A stretch of 64,000 bases of DNA from an uncultured Bacteroidales bacterium (GCA_937901225.1 CALCGX010000127.1:12643-76642); one strand, 5' to 3'; counted from the first letter of the stretch, positions 9,533 to 21,168 are shown. The notes: a model not told the origin generated them from the letters alone. Numbers and translations are program-made.

Positions 9533-12500
9533 ATGAGAAAATTAGCACTATTATTTGGGCTACTTTTTGCAGTAATGCTTACTGCCCAAACCACCGTTAG
9601 TATTCGCGATCAAAAGATGGAAGTGAATCGTAATGGTGAAACGTATGTATTAGCACCTAATGGTGACGATGCCAGTTATTTCTGGGCAAGTGTTTCACCT
9701 GATGAAAAACATCTTGTTTATGTGACTGCTCGCTATGGCACTTTTGTCTGCGACATCAATGGCGAGAACGTTCGTTCAATGGGACGTATGAATGCGCCTA
9801 AATGGTTGGACAACAACCATGTATCAGGTATGCAAGAGTTTTATACGGGACATGATGAAATCGATTATATCCGTTATATTTCTCGTAACATCAATAGCCA
9901 TGATACGCGTGAATTGTCTGAGATTGAGCGTACTATTTTTATTGCTGCAGAAAATCAACGCTTAGCAGCAGCTAAAGAGCGCCAAATGAAGCGAATCGCA
10001 GCGAAAAAACAAGTAACTGCAAGAACCGATTTAAAAGGACTCAAAATATATCTTAATGCTGGACACGGTGGCTATGATAGCAATGACCGCAGTTGTTGGA
10101 CAGTTCCTGTGCCTGAAACTTGGAGCAATCCTAATGGTTATTGGGAGAGTAAGTCCAACCTGACTAAAGCATTGGCGCTTGAGGAAATGCTCAAGAAAGC
10201 TGGTGCTACTGTCATTATGTCACGTAGAACAAACAAATCTGGTGTACGTGATATTGAATACTATCCAGGCGCTACTGCTGCAGAAATAGCAGAGTTGAAG
10301 AATGGTGATGACCGCGATTTGAGTGCTATAGCAGAAGAGGCCAATGCAAACGATGTTGACCACTTCTTGTCTATTCACTCCAATGCATTGAATGGGCAAA
10401 CCAACTATCTTTTAATGCTCTATCACGGATACAATGACCAACCTACAGTTGCTCAAAGTGATAAGATGGCAGAGAGTAGTGGTAACATCCAGATTCAAAA
10501 CCCTCTGACCGTTTGGACTAGTCCAAAACCATTGTTGCGTGGTGATTTTACATTCTATGGTGATGATATGGGACTTGGAGTATTACGTCCTCTGACTGTG
10601 CCTGGCTTTTTGAGCGAAGGTAGTTTCCATGACTATGCTCCTGAAACTCACCGCCTTTGCAATGATGACTATTGTCGTCTTGAAGCCTTGCGTATGTACC
10701 AACACTTCCACAAGTGGTTTGAGGCTCCTCTTCCACAAACAGCTACCATTAGCGGTTGGGTGAAATCAAGCAATGAGTTGGTGGATGTATTGGGTGAACC
10801 TAAATTTGTATATGTTAAGAATAGTGATGACCAATGGTTGCCAATCAATGGTGCTAAAGTAGAGTTGTATAAAGGAACCACTAAGGTTGCTGAAAAAACA
10901 ACGGATAATTGGTACAATGGAGTGTTTGCATTCTACGATTTGACACCGGGTACATATAAACTAGTTGTTACCAAAGATAAATATGCTACTGTTACCACAG
11001 AGGTTACTGTAAAAGCAGAAGAGATCGCTGGTGTAAAAGTGCGTATGAAGAATATCCGTTTGCACTTGGAGGATTATCCAGAACAAGAGAATGATGCTGT
11101 CGCTTTGGATAAATATGAATTTGAGTTGGTGGAGACACTTCAAGCGAAATCAAATAATATTGTACGTGCTTTGCAACGCAATGGTAATTATTATGTTTTG
11201 GCAAATGGAGAAATCAAGAAAAGCAACGCAGATTTCTCTGTGACGACAGCTATACCATTGCCTGCAGGAGTGGAAATTTGCGATATAGCCTTTACTGCTG
11301 ACGATTATCTCGTAGCAAAAGCCAAAGATAAAGGCGCATTCTATACTTGGGATGAAAATCTGCAAAACCCAACACTTCTCTTCGAGGTAGCTTCTGTTAA
11401 GGGTAATTCTTTTGCTGTCAGTGGCGCGCGCTGGGAAAGTACATATTATCTTGGAGAAGGTACCAATATGCACAAGATTGTGTATAATGAAGATACGAAG
11501 AAAGCTACTGTTACTACCGAAACAGCTAAAGAAGATTTAACTGGCAAGCAACTGATGATTATGCCACAAGGTACTATCAGTACAGTTTATGGAGCTTCAT
11601 TCTTACGTTATGCGGATCGTATGTATATGGTTAAGCCAACAGGAAATAGCGATGCATTCCAATTGTACGATGTTACAGATGGTATCGCAAAAGCAAAGCC
11701 TGCAAGTGATGTCTATCCAGCTATATTTACAACAGATGCACCTGGTACACAAACAATGGCTTGGGTTGATGGATATACTATTCACGTGGCTACATTGGCA
11801 AATGGTTATAATTTGAAACATTACCAGACGCTTACCAGCCCTGTTGCTAACGTATTTGCAGGCGAAGTAGAATTCGATGGTAAAAATTTCTACTTCCGTT
11901 TAAATGAAGATGCTACAGATGTTAGTCTGACTATCGAGAAAAACAACGAAGTTGTACGTACTCATAGTTGGGGCGCGCTCAAAAAAGGTTTGCATAAGCA
12001 ATCCAATCCTTTCTGGGCTACAGCATTTGATCACTTTAGCATTGTAGCTACCGCACGTGCTGTATCTTTCCCTGTTAAGGTTAGCAATGATGATGAGATT
12101 TTCCAATTCTATGCTGCTCGTGGCGTAGCTGTGGATAAGACACCTACCAGTCCATACTTTGGTCGTATCTACGTAAGCAACTCTGTTGCTGGACAATGTA
12201 TAGAAGGTGAGGCTACTAAATACCGTAATTCTTCAATGGGTATCTTTGTGTTGAGTAATGACTTCACTGACATTACCAATCAAGGTGCTACTGGTTGGTT
12301 AGGTGGAGTAGAGTGGGGTGCTAACAACTCTAGTACCAATTATCAATTTGCATTAGCTCGTCCTGCTGTGGCTCCAGATGGCGATGTATTTGTGACTAGT
12401 TCTTCATACACATCTGCGGGTGTGTACATCATGAATCCTGCTAAGCCAGAGGCGACTTTCACACAAGTATTTGATGGACGTCGTTCGAAAGATAATGGCC

Positions 12501-13303
12501 AAATCATGAATAATAAGCGTAAAATGGTTGCCAATCCAGTTATGCATTGTTGCGTGATTGGTACAGGAAAAGACGAAGTGCTTTACACATACGATCGTGA
12601 CTGCTCCAAAGGTACTGTATATGGTAATATCAATCAATACAATCTTGGAGAAGTAGAGGCATTGCCTTGGACTGCTGAACCAACTGCAATTTTCTACGAT
12701 GATAAAGACAACTCTTTCATGGAAAATGCTTGTGGACAAATTGCATACGATCAACGAGGTGGCTTCTTCGTGAGTCAATATCGCTATAACTCTAGTTATG
12801 CAAAACCTGCATTGATTCACGTGAATGCAAAGGGTGTAGTGGATTTCAACATCTCTAACAATGGAGTAGATGCTGCTCAACAAGGTGGTATGGCTGTGAA
12901 TGCAGATGGTACATTGTTGGCAATGGGAACCGAACTCGGTATGGTGAAAGTTTGGGAGGTAGAGTACGATGCGAATGGAGCTCCTACTTTGACTGAGAAA
13001 TACACCATCAACTGGGGTGAAGACAAAGGAGTAACCATGGGTATTGATTTCGATGCTGCGGGCAACTTGTATATTGTCTCTAACTCGAATGAGCGTTTGA
13101 TGGTATATTCATTGCCTAATACCAATAATACCTATGCAACGCGTATCGCTTACCAATATGTACCAAATGCTGTGGAAAATGTTGTAGCAGAAACTATCAC
13201 ACGTCCTGGTGTTTATACTTTGTTTGGTCAATATTTGGGAGAAAGTGAAAACGGATTGCCACATGGTGTATATATCATTAATGGTAAAAAAGTAATCAAA
13301 TGA
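9533..13303 (+). CDS. multidomain secreted protein: TolB-like blade, N-acetylmuramoyl-L-alanine amidase (Amidase_3), CarboxypepD_reg-like, module X, module Y, T9SS C-terminal domain
   Basis: The amidase signature at about 10030-10660 is intact: NAGHGGYD, YWESKSNL, FLSIHSNAL, PGFLSEGSFH. The block GAKVELYKG...FYDLTPGTYKLVV is a CarboxypepD_reg-type fold. Tail: GVYTLFGQYLG...GVYIINGKKVIK. The stop overlaps the SusC start (ATGA). Confidence 0.85.
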   Translation: MRKLALLFGLLFAVMLTAQTTVSIRDQKMEVNRNGETYVLAPNGDDASYFWASVSPDEKHLVYVTARYGTFVCDINGENVRSMGRMNAPKWLDNNHVSGMQEFYTGHDEIDYIRYISRNINSHDTRELSEIERTIFIAAENQRLAAAKERQMKRIAAKKQVTARTDLKGLKIYLNAGHGGYDSNDRSCWTVPVPETWSNPNGYWESKSNLTKALALEEMLKKAGATVIMSRRTNKSGVRDIEYYPGATAAEIAELKNGDDRDLSAIAEEANANDVDHFLSIHSNALNGQTNYLLMLYHGYNDQPTVAQSDKMAESSGNIQIQNPLTVWTSPKPLLRGDFTFYGDDMGLGVLRPLTVPGFLSEGSFHDYAPETHRLCNDDYCRLEALRMYQHFHKWFEAPLPQTATISGWVKSSNELVDVLGEPKFVYVKNSDDQWLPINGAKVELYKGTTKVAEKTTDNWYNGVFAFYDLTPGTYKLVVTKDKYATVTTEVTVKAEEIAGVKVRMKNIRLHLEDYPEQENDAVALDKYEFELVETLQAKSNNIVRALQRNGNYYVLANGEIKKSNADFSVTTAIPLPAGVEICDIAFTADDYLVAKAKDKGAFYTWDENLQNPTLLFEVASVKGNSFAVSGARWESTYYLGEGTNMHKIVYNEDTKKATVTTETAKEDLTGKQLMIMPQGTISTVYGASFLRYADRMYMVKPTGNSDAFQLYDVTDGIAKAKPASDVYPAIFTTDAPGTQTMAWVDGYTIHVATLANGYNLKHYQTLTSPVANVFAGEVEFDGKNFYFRLNEDATDVSLTIEKNNEVVRTHSWGALKKGLHKQSNPFWATAFDHFSIVATARAVSFPVKVSNDDEIFQFYAARGVAVDKTPTSPYFGRIYVSNSVAGQCIEGEATKYRNSSMGIFVLSNDFTDITNQGATGWLGGVEWGANNSSTNYQFALARPAVAPDGDVFVTSSSYTSAGVYIMNPAKPEATFTQVFDGRRSKDNGQIMNNKRKMVANPVMHCCVIGTGKDEVLYTYDRDCSKGTVYGNINQYNLGEVEALPWTAEPTAIFYDDKDNSFMENACGQIAYDQRGGFFVSQYRYNSSYAKPALIHVNAKGVVDFNISNNGVDAAQQGGMAVNADGTLLAMGTELGMVKVWEVEYDANGAPTLTEKYTINWGEDKGVTMGIDFDAAGNLYIVSNSNERLMVYSLPNTNNTYATRIAYQYVPNAVENVVAETITRPGVYTLFGQYLGESENGLPHGVYIINGKKVIK

Positions 13304-16300
13304 AACGATTAGCATTTCTATTCATCGCATTGGCTACCGTAGTGGTGGCCAATGCTGCTATCGTCACAGGCCAAGTAGCAGATGCTCAAGGCGAACCTTT
13401 GATAGGTGTGAGTGTAGTTGTAACTGGTACCTCTGAGGGTACGATCACTGATTTTGATGGATTCTATACCATTGATGTGACTCCAGATGCACAACTGCAA
13501 TTCTCCTACATGGGTTATACGACTGTCACTGAAAAGGTCAATAACCGTACAACCATTAATGTCGTACTCAAAGAAGACACGCGTCTCTTGGATGAAGTGG
13601 TCGTAGTAGGTTATGATACTCAGCGCAAAGCCAATTTGACAGGTGCGGTAGGTTCTGTGAGTGTAGAAGATCAACTCGAAGGACGTCCGCTTGCCAACGT
13701 TGGTACGGGTATGCAAGGTGCAGTTGCAGGTCTTACAGTGACCAATTCTTCTGGTCGTTTGGGTGATACTCCTAAGTTCCGTATCCGTGGTGCTGTAGGT
13801 ACATTGCTCAATGAGGGTGGTAGTCAACCGCTTATTCTTGTGGATGGTGTGGAGATTAGCGATATTTCAATGATTAATGCGGATGATATCAAAGAAATTT
13901 CCGTCTTGAAAGATGCTGCTTCATCCAGTATCTATGGTACACGTGCAGCATTCGGTGTAATCCTGATTACTACCAAATCGGGTAGTGGTGTAGATTCTAA
14001 ATTCCGTGTAAACTACTCTAATAACTTCTCTTGGGCTACTCCTACAGCCTTACCTGAAATCGCAAAATCATACATTGGTGCTGAGATGGCTTTGGAAGCG
14101 CGTAATCGTCGCGTACCAGGTACAACGCTGTTTACCAACTCTTGCGGTCTTGTATGGAATGCTGAAGATATTGAGTATATGCGGGAATGGGAAAACGCAT
14201 TTGGAAATGCTGATCTCGGATCAGAAATGGTTGAAGGACGCGATTTTATTATCAAATCAGGTGTTCCTCACTTCTGGAGAAGTTGGAATGCTGCGGATGA
14301 ATATATCAATGATTTTTCATTCAGCCAACAGCACAATATGAGTTTTAGTGGTACTGCTGGAAAAACCAACTATTATATGGGTCTTAGTTATATGGGGCAA
14401 AATGGAGTTGTAAAAGTTAATCCAGACTCTTATAATCGTTTTTCTGTTAACTATTCTACCGATACCGAAATCAAACCTTGGCTCAAGGTACGTAGCAAAG
14501 CACTCTATACGCGCACGAATTTGGAAACACCATTCAACTTCAATACGGCAAGTTACGATGCGCTATACTACCTCTATCGTTGGCCCACCATCATGCCATA
14601 TGGTACCTATGAGGGAGAACCTTTCCGTAACTCTGTGACAGAAACTGCTGCGGCAAATATGAATTCAGATGTTAAGGATTATATGCGTTTTTCCGTAGGC
14701 GCGACTTTCGTTTTAGGTATTCCTGATTTGACATTGGATGTCGATTATACATATAACCTTGATAACCAAAATATCACTCAACGTGGTGGTACTGTTGGTG
14801 GATGGGATTTCTGGAGTGGTAGCATGTCACTTGTAGATAACTGGGCTGCCACTGCTCGTAATAAAGTGGATAAATACCAATACAATCGCAACTACCATGC
14901 TGGTAATGCTGTACTTCGTTACAAACATACTTGGAACGATGCACATAGTTTGAATGTGTTTGGTGGTATGAATATTGAGTATAAAGAAGTGGACTACGTC
15001 AATGCTGAGAAACGTGACTTATTGGATCAAACGAAACCAGAAATTTCATTGGCTATTGGTGATAACTTTATTTATGGAAGTCATACATCGTGGGCTATCA
15101 TGGGCTTTTTTGCGCGCGTGAACTATGCTTATAAAAATCGTTACCTCATTGAGTTGAATGGTCGTTTTGATGGCTCTTCTCGCTTCCCAACCGACCAACA
15201 ATGGGGCTTCTTCCCATCAGGTTCTCTTGGATGGGTGGCTAGCGAAGAGAATTTCTGGGAGGTACTTAATCCATATTGGAGTTTCCTCAAACTGCGTGCT
15301 TCTTATGGTTCGATTGGTAACCAAGATATTGGTGATAACCGATTCCGTGCTATCATGGCATCATCCAATAGTGGCTGGATTATGGGAGAGACGAATGTAC
15401 TTACTTTCTCTATGCCAACTGCATTGGCAGATGGATTTACATGGGAAACCATCAAGACTATCAATGGTGGTGTTGATATGCGTTTCTTTAATGACGATTT
15501 AGGTGTTAGTTTGGATGTATATCGCCGTATTAATGATGGTATGGTGGTGGGTGGTAGCGAAGTGCCAAGTACATTTGGTGCAACAGCTCCTTATGAAAAT
15601 GCTGCGCAATTGACTACTAACGGTTGGGAATTAGGTATTGACTACCACCATCGTTTCTCCAATGGCTTACGCTTGAATGTATCGGCCAATGTGTCGGATG
15701 CGTTGACTATCGTTACGAAGCACCCTCGTAAAACAACCTCTGTGATTGATGGAAGCAATTATGAGGGTAAAGTTTATGGCGAAATTTGGGGCTTCACCAC
15801 CGATCGTCTCTTCCAAGAAAGCGACTTTGATGAAAACGGAAATTTGTTGCCAGGTATTGCTACACAAACCTATTTTGAGAATAGCGGTTACAAATACAAA
15901 TATGGCCCAGGTGATGTGAAGTATATGGATTTAGATGGAAATGGTGAAATCAATTGGGGCGATAAGACTGTAGAGAATCATGGTGATTGGAGCCGCATTG
16001 GTAATGCAATCCCACGTTATGAATACAATTTCAAAATTGGTGTGGATTGGAAAGGTATTGACCTCAACATCTTCTTCCAAGGTGTAGGTTCGCGCCAATA
16101 CTGGGCTACTGGATCTATGATGATTCCAGGTTGGAACTTCTCTGAGGGTACATATTATGCACACCAAACTGACTATTGGACTCCTGAGAATACGAATGCT
16201 TGGTATCCTCGTTTGGCAGAAACCAACCAACCTGGACAATATTCTGCATCTGGATTCAACTTCTTGTGTCAAACACGTTATCTGTTAGATATGAGCTATC

Positions 16301-16539
16301 TTCGTCTCAAAAACATTACATTGGGATATAGCTTACCAGATAAAGTGTTAAAGAAAATGCATTTTGAGAAGTTCCGCATTTATTTTAGTGCAGAGAATGT
16401 ATGTGAGATTGATAAATTAGGTGATTTGCCTATTGATCCAGAAACTGCTACTTCATCTGGTGATGGTGGAGCGATGGGATTTGGACGTATTTATCCATTT
16501 ACTCGTCAATTGAGTTGCGGTTTGCAAATATCACTTTAA
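13300..16539 (+). CDS. SusC/RagA-family TonB-dependent outer-membrane transporter
   Basis: N-terminal CarboxypepD_reg domain, then LDEVVVVGYDTQRKANLTGAV and VLKDAASSSIYGTRAAFGVILITTK plug motifs. 1079 aa. No STN or anti-sigma-interacting extension. Confidence 0.9.
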   Translation: MKRLAFLFIALATVVVANAAIVTGQVADAQGEPLIGVSVVVTGTSEGTITDFDGFYTIDVTPDAQLQFSYMGYTTVTEKVNNRTTINVVLKEDTRLLDEVVVVGYDTQRKANLTGAVGSVSVEDQLEGRPLANVGTGMQGAVAGLTVTNSSGRLGDTPKFRIRGAVGTLLNEGGSQPLILVDGVEISDISMINADDIKEISVLKDAASSSIYGTRAAFGVILITTKSGSGVDSKFRVNYSNNFSWATPTALPEIAKSYIGAEMALEARNRRVPGTTLFTNSCGLVWNAEDIEYMREWENAFGNADLGSEMVEGRDFIIKSGVPHFWRSWNAADEYINDFSFSQQHNMSFSGTAGKTNYYMGLSYMGQNGVVKVNPDSYNRFSVNYSTDTEIKPWLKVRSKALYTRTNLETPFNFNTASYDALYYLYRWPTIMPYGTYEGEPFRNSVTETAAANMNSDVKDYMRFSVGATFVLGIPDLTLDVDYTYNLDNQNITQRGGTVGGWDFWSGSMSLVDNWAATARNKVDKYQYNRNYHAGNAVLRYKHTWNDAHSLNVFGGMNIEYKEVDYVNAEKRDLLDQTKPEISLAIGDNFIYGSHTSWAIMGFFARVNYAYKNRYLIELNGRFDGSSRFPTDQQWGFFPSGSLGWVASEENFWEVLNPYWSFLKLRASYGSIGNQDIGDNRFRAIMASSNSGWIMGETNVLTFSMPTALADGFTWETIKTINGGVDMRFFNDDLGVSLDVYRRINDGMVVGGSEVPSTFGATAPYENAAQLTTNGWELGIDYHHRFSNGLRLNVSANVSDALTIVTKHPRKTTSVIDGSNYEGKVYGEIWGFTTDRLFQESDFDENGNLLPGIATQTYFENSGYKYKYGPGDVKYMDLDGNGEINWGDKTVENHGDWSRIGNAIPRYEYNFKIGVDWKGIDLNIFFQGVGSRQYWATGSMMIPGWNFSEGTYYAHQTDYWTPENTNAWYPRLAETNQPGQYSASGFNFLCQTRYLLDMSYLRLKNITLGYSLPDKVLKKMHFEKFRIYFSAENVCEIDKLGDLPIDPETATSSGDGGAMGFGRIYPFTRQLSCGLQISL

Positions 16540-16569
16540 TTGTTGAATCCTTTATATTTAGAATAAAAT

Positions 16570-18351
16570 ATGAAAAAGATATTATTATTGTCACTTACAG
16601 TACTGTTGATGTGCACTTTGGTTGGTTGCGAGGATTTTCTCAACCAACCTCCTTATGATGATTTTACAGATGCAGAGTATTGGAAAAATGAAGATCAAGC
16701 TCGTACATTTATGTATGGCTTCTATACATCAATCTTCTCTGGTTATGGTTCTGGTGCTTCACATGGGCAATTCTTAATGGGGCAAACATCCAACGATGAT
16801 TTTGCTTCGGATGTTGAGCAACAAGATTTGACTCCGCTGGTAATACCTGAGGCTGATGGTTCTTGGAGTTTTACTAATATCCGCAAAGCGAATTACGTAT
16901 TAGAGAATATTGATCGCATTGATGCTAATGCTGCGGCCAAAAATCACTGGCGTGGTGTAGCGCGTTTCTTCCGTGCTTGTTATTATAGCAACCTCGTGTT
17001 CCGTTATGGTGATGTGCCTTGGTATGATCGTGTGCCTGCATTGAGCGATAATGATTATCTCTACAAGGATCGTGATTCACGCACGTTTGTAGATTCTTGC
17101 ATCATGGCAGATTTCCAATATGCAATGGATAGTGTGCGTGCGAATGATGGTAACTTGCAAATCAATAAGTATGTGGTAGCAGCAATGGCATCACGACTTC
17201 TTTTGCGCGAAGGAACATTCCTCAAATACCATAATTTAGATCAAGCCATGGCAGAGCAATGCCTTACGATGGCTAAGAATGCAGCAGAATTAGTAATGAA
17301 GTCGGGCAAGTATGCTGTTGCATCATCCTATAAGAACCTCTTTGTGAGCGAAGATCTGAGTACGAATCCTGAGATTATTATGTATCGTCAGTATGAGGAT
17401 GGTTTATTAGCGCACTCTACACTAGCATATTCTTATACCGAAGCACAAGCTGGTTTGAGCAAATCCCTCGCAGAGGATTTTGTGAATGCCAACGGCTTGC
17501 CTATATACGCTGAAAATGCGAAATGGTTAGCGAAAACGAGTGAAGACTTCTTTGCTAATCGTGACCCTCGTCTTGCAATGTGCATTCGCAATCATTATTG
17601 TATCAAAGGAGAGAGCCTTACTCCGTTCTCATATGCACTCTCTGGATATGCATGGAATAAGTTTATGGATGATAGCAAGGCTGGAGAGAAAAATCCTACA
17701 TGGGCAAGAGAAAAGAATACTACCGATGCACCTTGCGTGCGCTATGCTGAGGTATTGCTCAACTATGTGGAAGCTGCATATGAATTGCATCTTATGTCTA
17801 AATACACCTTTACACAAGCTGATTTGGATAAGTCAATCAATCTCATTCGTGCGCGTGCAGATGTGAACTTGCCTGCATTGCAAATGTTGGGTGATCAACC
17901 TGCTATAAACGGTGTAGCATTTGATGATCCTAAACGCCTGCAAATAGAGCAAAAAGCCAATGATGGTAAATTGATTACCCCATCTTTACTTTGGGAAATT
18001 CGTCGTGAACGACGTGTGGAATTATGTTTGGAAGGCTTCCGTCTCAACGACCTCAAGCGTTGGTGCAAGTTGGATTATATGTGGAATGAATGTAATCCAG
18101 ATATTCGCTATGGTGCATACATTCGTGTAAGCGACTACAAGAATAAGGATAAAGAGATTATCCTTGCAGGTAAGGTAGATCCACTCACCAACGATACTGT
18201 GACCAAAGAGGGGTATATTTTGCGTAATACTTTAGGAAAGCGTAATCGTCCAATTAAGCGTAATTATATCAATCCTATTCCTTCGGGACAAATTACGTTA
18301 TACAAATCCAAAGGATATACATTGTCTCAAAATACAGAATGGGGTTGGTAA
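16570..18351 (+). CDS. SusD/RagB-family nutrient-binding lipoprotein
   Basis: Lipobox LVGC followed by EDFLNQPPYDDFTDAEYW. Position immediately after SusC. 593 aa. Confidence 0.85.
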   Translation: MKKILLLSLTVLLMCTLVGCEDFLNQPPYDDFTDAEYWKNEDQARTFMYGFYTSIFSGYGSGASHGQFLMGQTSNDDFASDVEQQDLTPLVIPEADGSWSFTNIRKANYVLENIDRIDANAAAKNHWRGVARFFRACYYSNLVFRYGDVPWYDRVPALSDNDYLYKDRDSRTFVDSCIMADFQYAMDSVRANDGNLQINKYVVAAMASRLLLREGTFLKYHNLDQAMAEQCLTMAKNAAELVMKSGKYAVASSYKNLFVSEDLSTNPEIIMYRQYEDGLLAHSTLAYSYTEAQAGLSKSLAEDFVNANGLPIYAENAKWLAKTSEDFFANRDPRLAMCIRNHYCIKGESLTPFSYALSGYAWNKFMDDSKAGEKNPTWAREKNTTDAPCVRYAEVLLNYVEAAYELHLMSKYTFTQADLDKSINLIRARADVNLPALQMLGDQPAINGVAFDDPKRLQIEQKANDGKLITPSLLWEIRRERRVELCLEGFRLNDLKRWCKLDYMWNECNPDIRYGAYIRVSDYKNKDKEIILAGKVDPLTNDTVTKEGYILRNTLGKRNRPIKRNYINPIPSGQITLYKSKGYTLSQNTEWGW

Positions 18352-18405
18352 TCCTAATGTGAGTAAACTTAATAAAAATAATAGAACTAATTTTAATTAT
18401 CAATC

Positions 18406-20181
18406 ATGAAAAAGAATTTATTTTTCCTCAGTATGGCGGTCTTGAGCATGCTGATGGTTGGTTGTAGTGAACCAGAACAACAAGTCGGTGAAGCTTTGAT
18501 TAAGAATATCTCTATCAAAAATACCACTTGTCAAGGCAAAGTAGATAATACAGCTTTTACAGTTGTATTTGATGAAGTTCCTGCTGAGACACCAGTTGAA
18601 GCATTGCAATTTGATGGTAAATACTCATTAGGAGCAAGTTTGGAGAAAAAAGAATATGACTTCAGTAAGGGCTCATCTGAAGATGGTAAGCAATATATTG
18701 GTACAATTACAGTTGTAAATGGTACTGTATCGCAAGAATATCAGGTAACGCTTAATCTAACTGATCCTACATCAGATCCTAAATTGGTCAAATTAGTGAT
18801 GCAAAAGGCAGATGGAACAAATGTTGATGCACGTGTGTTGGCTGATGCAGAACCATTAGCCGTTGCACTAAATATGGAGGATGCTGATGAAGCTACTTTT
18901 GTAAGTGTTGAACTATATCCTGCACGTGCTTCATATTCTTTTACAGAGGCTATTGATGGTAAGATAACCAAAGATAATCCTGGTCAATTGGTAGTAGAGT
19001 TTATGGGAAGAAAATCATTCTATAACATTACTTTTGCAGCAGCTCCAGCACCAGGTGCAGACCTTACATCACCAATTATACATGATTTTTCTGTAACAAC
19101 GGAGAATACATATGTTGATTTTACAACCCTTACAGAGGGTGCTCTAAATACTCGAGGTTCGGACTTTGATGGAGAGCATGTGCTGATTGTTTCTCGTTCT
19201 GACAATGCAACTCCTACCCATCACCTCTTGAAAGTAAGCGATTTACTCAATGGAACAATCTCTCCAATTGAATTAAGCAAAGAGGGTATAGGTAATGCAG
19301 AAACAGATATGTTTGTTGTTAGCGCAGGTCGTTTAAGCCATGGACATATCTATGTATGTAACCTTGCAACTGCTTTGGGTGATGGACATACATTGAAAGT
19401 ATATCACTATGCGGATGCAACTGCTACTCCCGATGTTTGGGAATGGGATGGAACAGGTTTGGTTGATTTGAATGGTGAGGAAACATTTGTAGTACCTCGT
19501 TTAGGTGATAATATGTCTATTAACTTGGATGAGAATGGTAATGGCTATGCGTTCTTCTGCGGACAGGAGGCTTCTGCGGAACGTATCTATCGTATAGATG
19601 TTGCTAACTTCAACGAATTTTCCAATCCAACTGAAATTACTCTAGAAGAGGCTTTCCTATATTATGGTTATGTAAATCAAGTGGATGAAGATCGTTATTT
19701 GTTGACGAGTCACTATATGCTTTCGACATGGTTGATTGATAAGGATGGTAATCCACTTGTGTATATAGATTTCCAATCTACAGCAGCTGGTTTAAAACCA
19801 CACACAGGAGTTGATCCTCATGTTGTGAAGTACAATGGCGGTTATTACCTTATCTTTGCTTCTCCTTATAACAATACGAAACGTCTTGGCGTTGGTCCAG
19901 CTTTATATATGATTGATATTACCGAAGGCACTCAAGTAGATATTCAAACTGCCTTGCAAAATTTATCGGACACTTTGTGGTTTGATGAAGAAGGTATATG
20001 GGAACCTGATTTCCATTACTCATTAGATGTACTAAATATGGAAGCGGAACCGGCATCTCGTAAAACTGTTGCTGCTTGCGCAGCACAATGTAATGCTGCT
20101 GTCGTAAATGGTAAATTATTAGTGTATGCAGCAGCCGTTGGTGCTGGCTTTACTATCTTAGAGTTTTCTCCTGCGAAATAA
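18406..20181 (+). CDS. PUL-associated surface lipoprotein carrying a copy of module X (SGBP position)
   Basis: Lipobox MVGCSEP. The C-terminal half aligns by eye with module X of the T9SS cargo proteins through the blocks TPTHHLL, ELSKEGI, LKVYHYADATATPDVWEWD and LYMIDITEG. Confidence 0.7.
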   Translation: MKKNLFFLSMAVLSMLMVGCSEPEQQVGEALIKNISIKNTTCQGKVDNTAFTVVFDEVPAETPVEALQFDGKYSLGASLEKKEYDFSKGSSEDGKQYIGTITVVNGTVSQEYQVTLNLTDPTSDPKLVKLVMQKADGTNVDARVLADAEPLAVALNMEDADEATFVSVELYPARASYSFTEAIDGKITKDNPGQLVVEFMGRKSFYNITFAAAPAPGADLTSPIIHDFSVTTENTYVDFTTLTEGALNTRGSDFDGEHVLIVSRSDNATPTHHLLKVSDLLNGTISPIELSKEGIGNAETDMFVVSAGRLSHGHIYVCNLATALGDGHTLKVYHYADATATPDVWEWDGTGLVDLNGEETFVVPRLGDNMSINLDENGNGYAFFCGQEASAERIYRIDVANFNEFSNPTEITLEEAFLYYGYVNQVDEDRYLLTSHYMLSTWLIDKDGNPLVYIDFQSTAAGLKPHTGVDPHVVKYNGGYYLIFASPYNNTKRLGVGPALYMIDITEGTQVDIQTALQNLSDTLWFDEEGIWEPDFHYSLDVLNMEAEPASRKTVAACAAQCNAAVVNGKLLVYAAAVGAGFTILEFSPAK

Positions 20182-20201
20182 TCAACTATAACAACATTAT
20201 G

Positions 20202-20230
20202 CATAGAGGCTGCGTGCAGCAGCCTCTATG
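20202..20230 (+). terminator. hairpin at operon end (weak T-tail)
   Basis: A 12-bp perfect stem, catagaggctgc / gcagcctctatg. Confidence 0.45.
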
Positions 20231-20263
20231 TTGTAACTGTAAACAACAGAAAATACTCATAAT

Positions 20264-21142
20264 ATGAGAAAAGGTCTCTTATCGCTCATCTTGTTTCTAT
20301 TGGCAACAATACTTTCAGCCCAAAACATAATGAAAGTGTGGAGCAACGATACACTTATTGAATTTGATATATCTACGATAGATAGCATTACATTTGAAGT
20401 CAAAACAGAATATGTAGGAGTATTTTCTGTAGCAAACAATAAAAGGGTTGCTTTTGCGCCGGGCAACTTGCAATACATTCCTACAGCAGATACTTGGCTC
20501 TTTGCTGCTAATCAGTACGATTATATTGGTACACGCAATATGGTCAATCAAGCGTTTGCCGATACAATAGATTTATTTGCTTGGAGCACAGATACCGACC
20601 CTTCTACCGCATGGGGTGTGACCTTAGAGGATGATAACAACCTCTATGCGGGTAATTTCGTAGATTGGGGCACTACTATTGGTGATGGCAATACATGGCG
20701 TACACTTACGTCTGCAGAGTGGGAATATATGCGTGCTAAGCGTCCTAATGCTTCCAAACTCATTGGAGTTGGTTCAATCAATGGCATACATGGATTAATT
20801 CTCCTTCCTGATGGCTGGATTGCTCCAGATGGTATTACTTTTAAAAGTGGATACAGCGACAAGGAGTATAGTGCTATTGCTTTTGAAGAGTACCAATCCT
20901 TTACCATCGAACAGTGGAATACGATGCAAGCTGCGGGTGCAGTCTTCTTGCCTTGTGCTGGCTTCCGATTGGGGACTTCGTTAGCATATATGCAAATGGC
21001 AGGATTGTATTGGACTTCCTCGCCACATGCAGCATATGGTCCACAGTTTGCTAGTTACTTCCTCTTTATGTGCGATGGCGCAGGTATTGGATACGACACG
21101 CGTAGTGGCGGCAATGCAGTACGATTGGTTAAGGACTTGTAA
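20264..21142 (+). CDS. secreted hypothetical protein, FISUMP/DUF1566-like (weak call)
   Basis: Signal peptide. The blocks FAPGNLQY, WRTLTSAEWEYM, FLPCAGFR and LYWTSS resemble the Fibrobacter major paralogous domain pattern. Confidence 0.6.
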   Translation: MRKGLLSLILFLLATILSAQNIMKVWSNDTLIEFDISTIDSITFEVKTEYVGVFSVANNKRVAFAPGNLQYIPTADTWLFAANQYDYIGTRNMVNQAFADTIDLFAWSTDTDPSTAWGVTLEDDNNLYAGNFVDWGTTIGDGNTWRTLTSAEWEYMRAKRPNASKLIGVGSINGIHGLILLPDGWIAPDGITFKSGYSDKEYSAIAFEEYQSFTIEQWNTMQAAGAVFLPCAGFRLGTSLAYMQMAGLYWTSSPHAAYGPQFASYFLFMCDGAGIGYDTRSGGNAVRLVKDL

Positions 21143-21168
21143 TACAATAGGCATCAAAAACTAGTTAT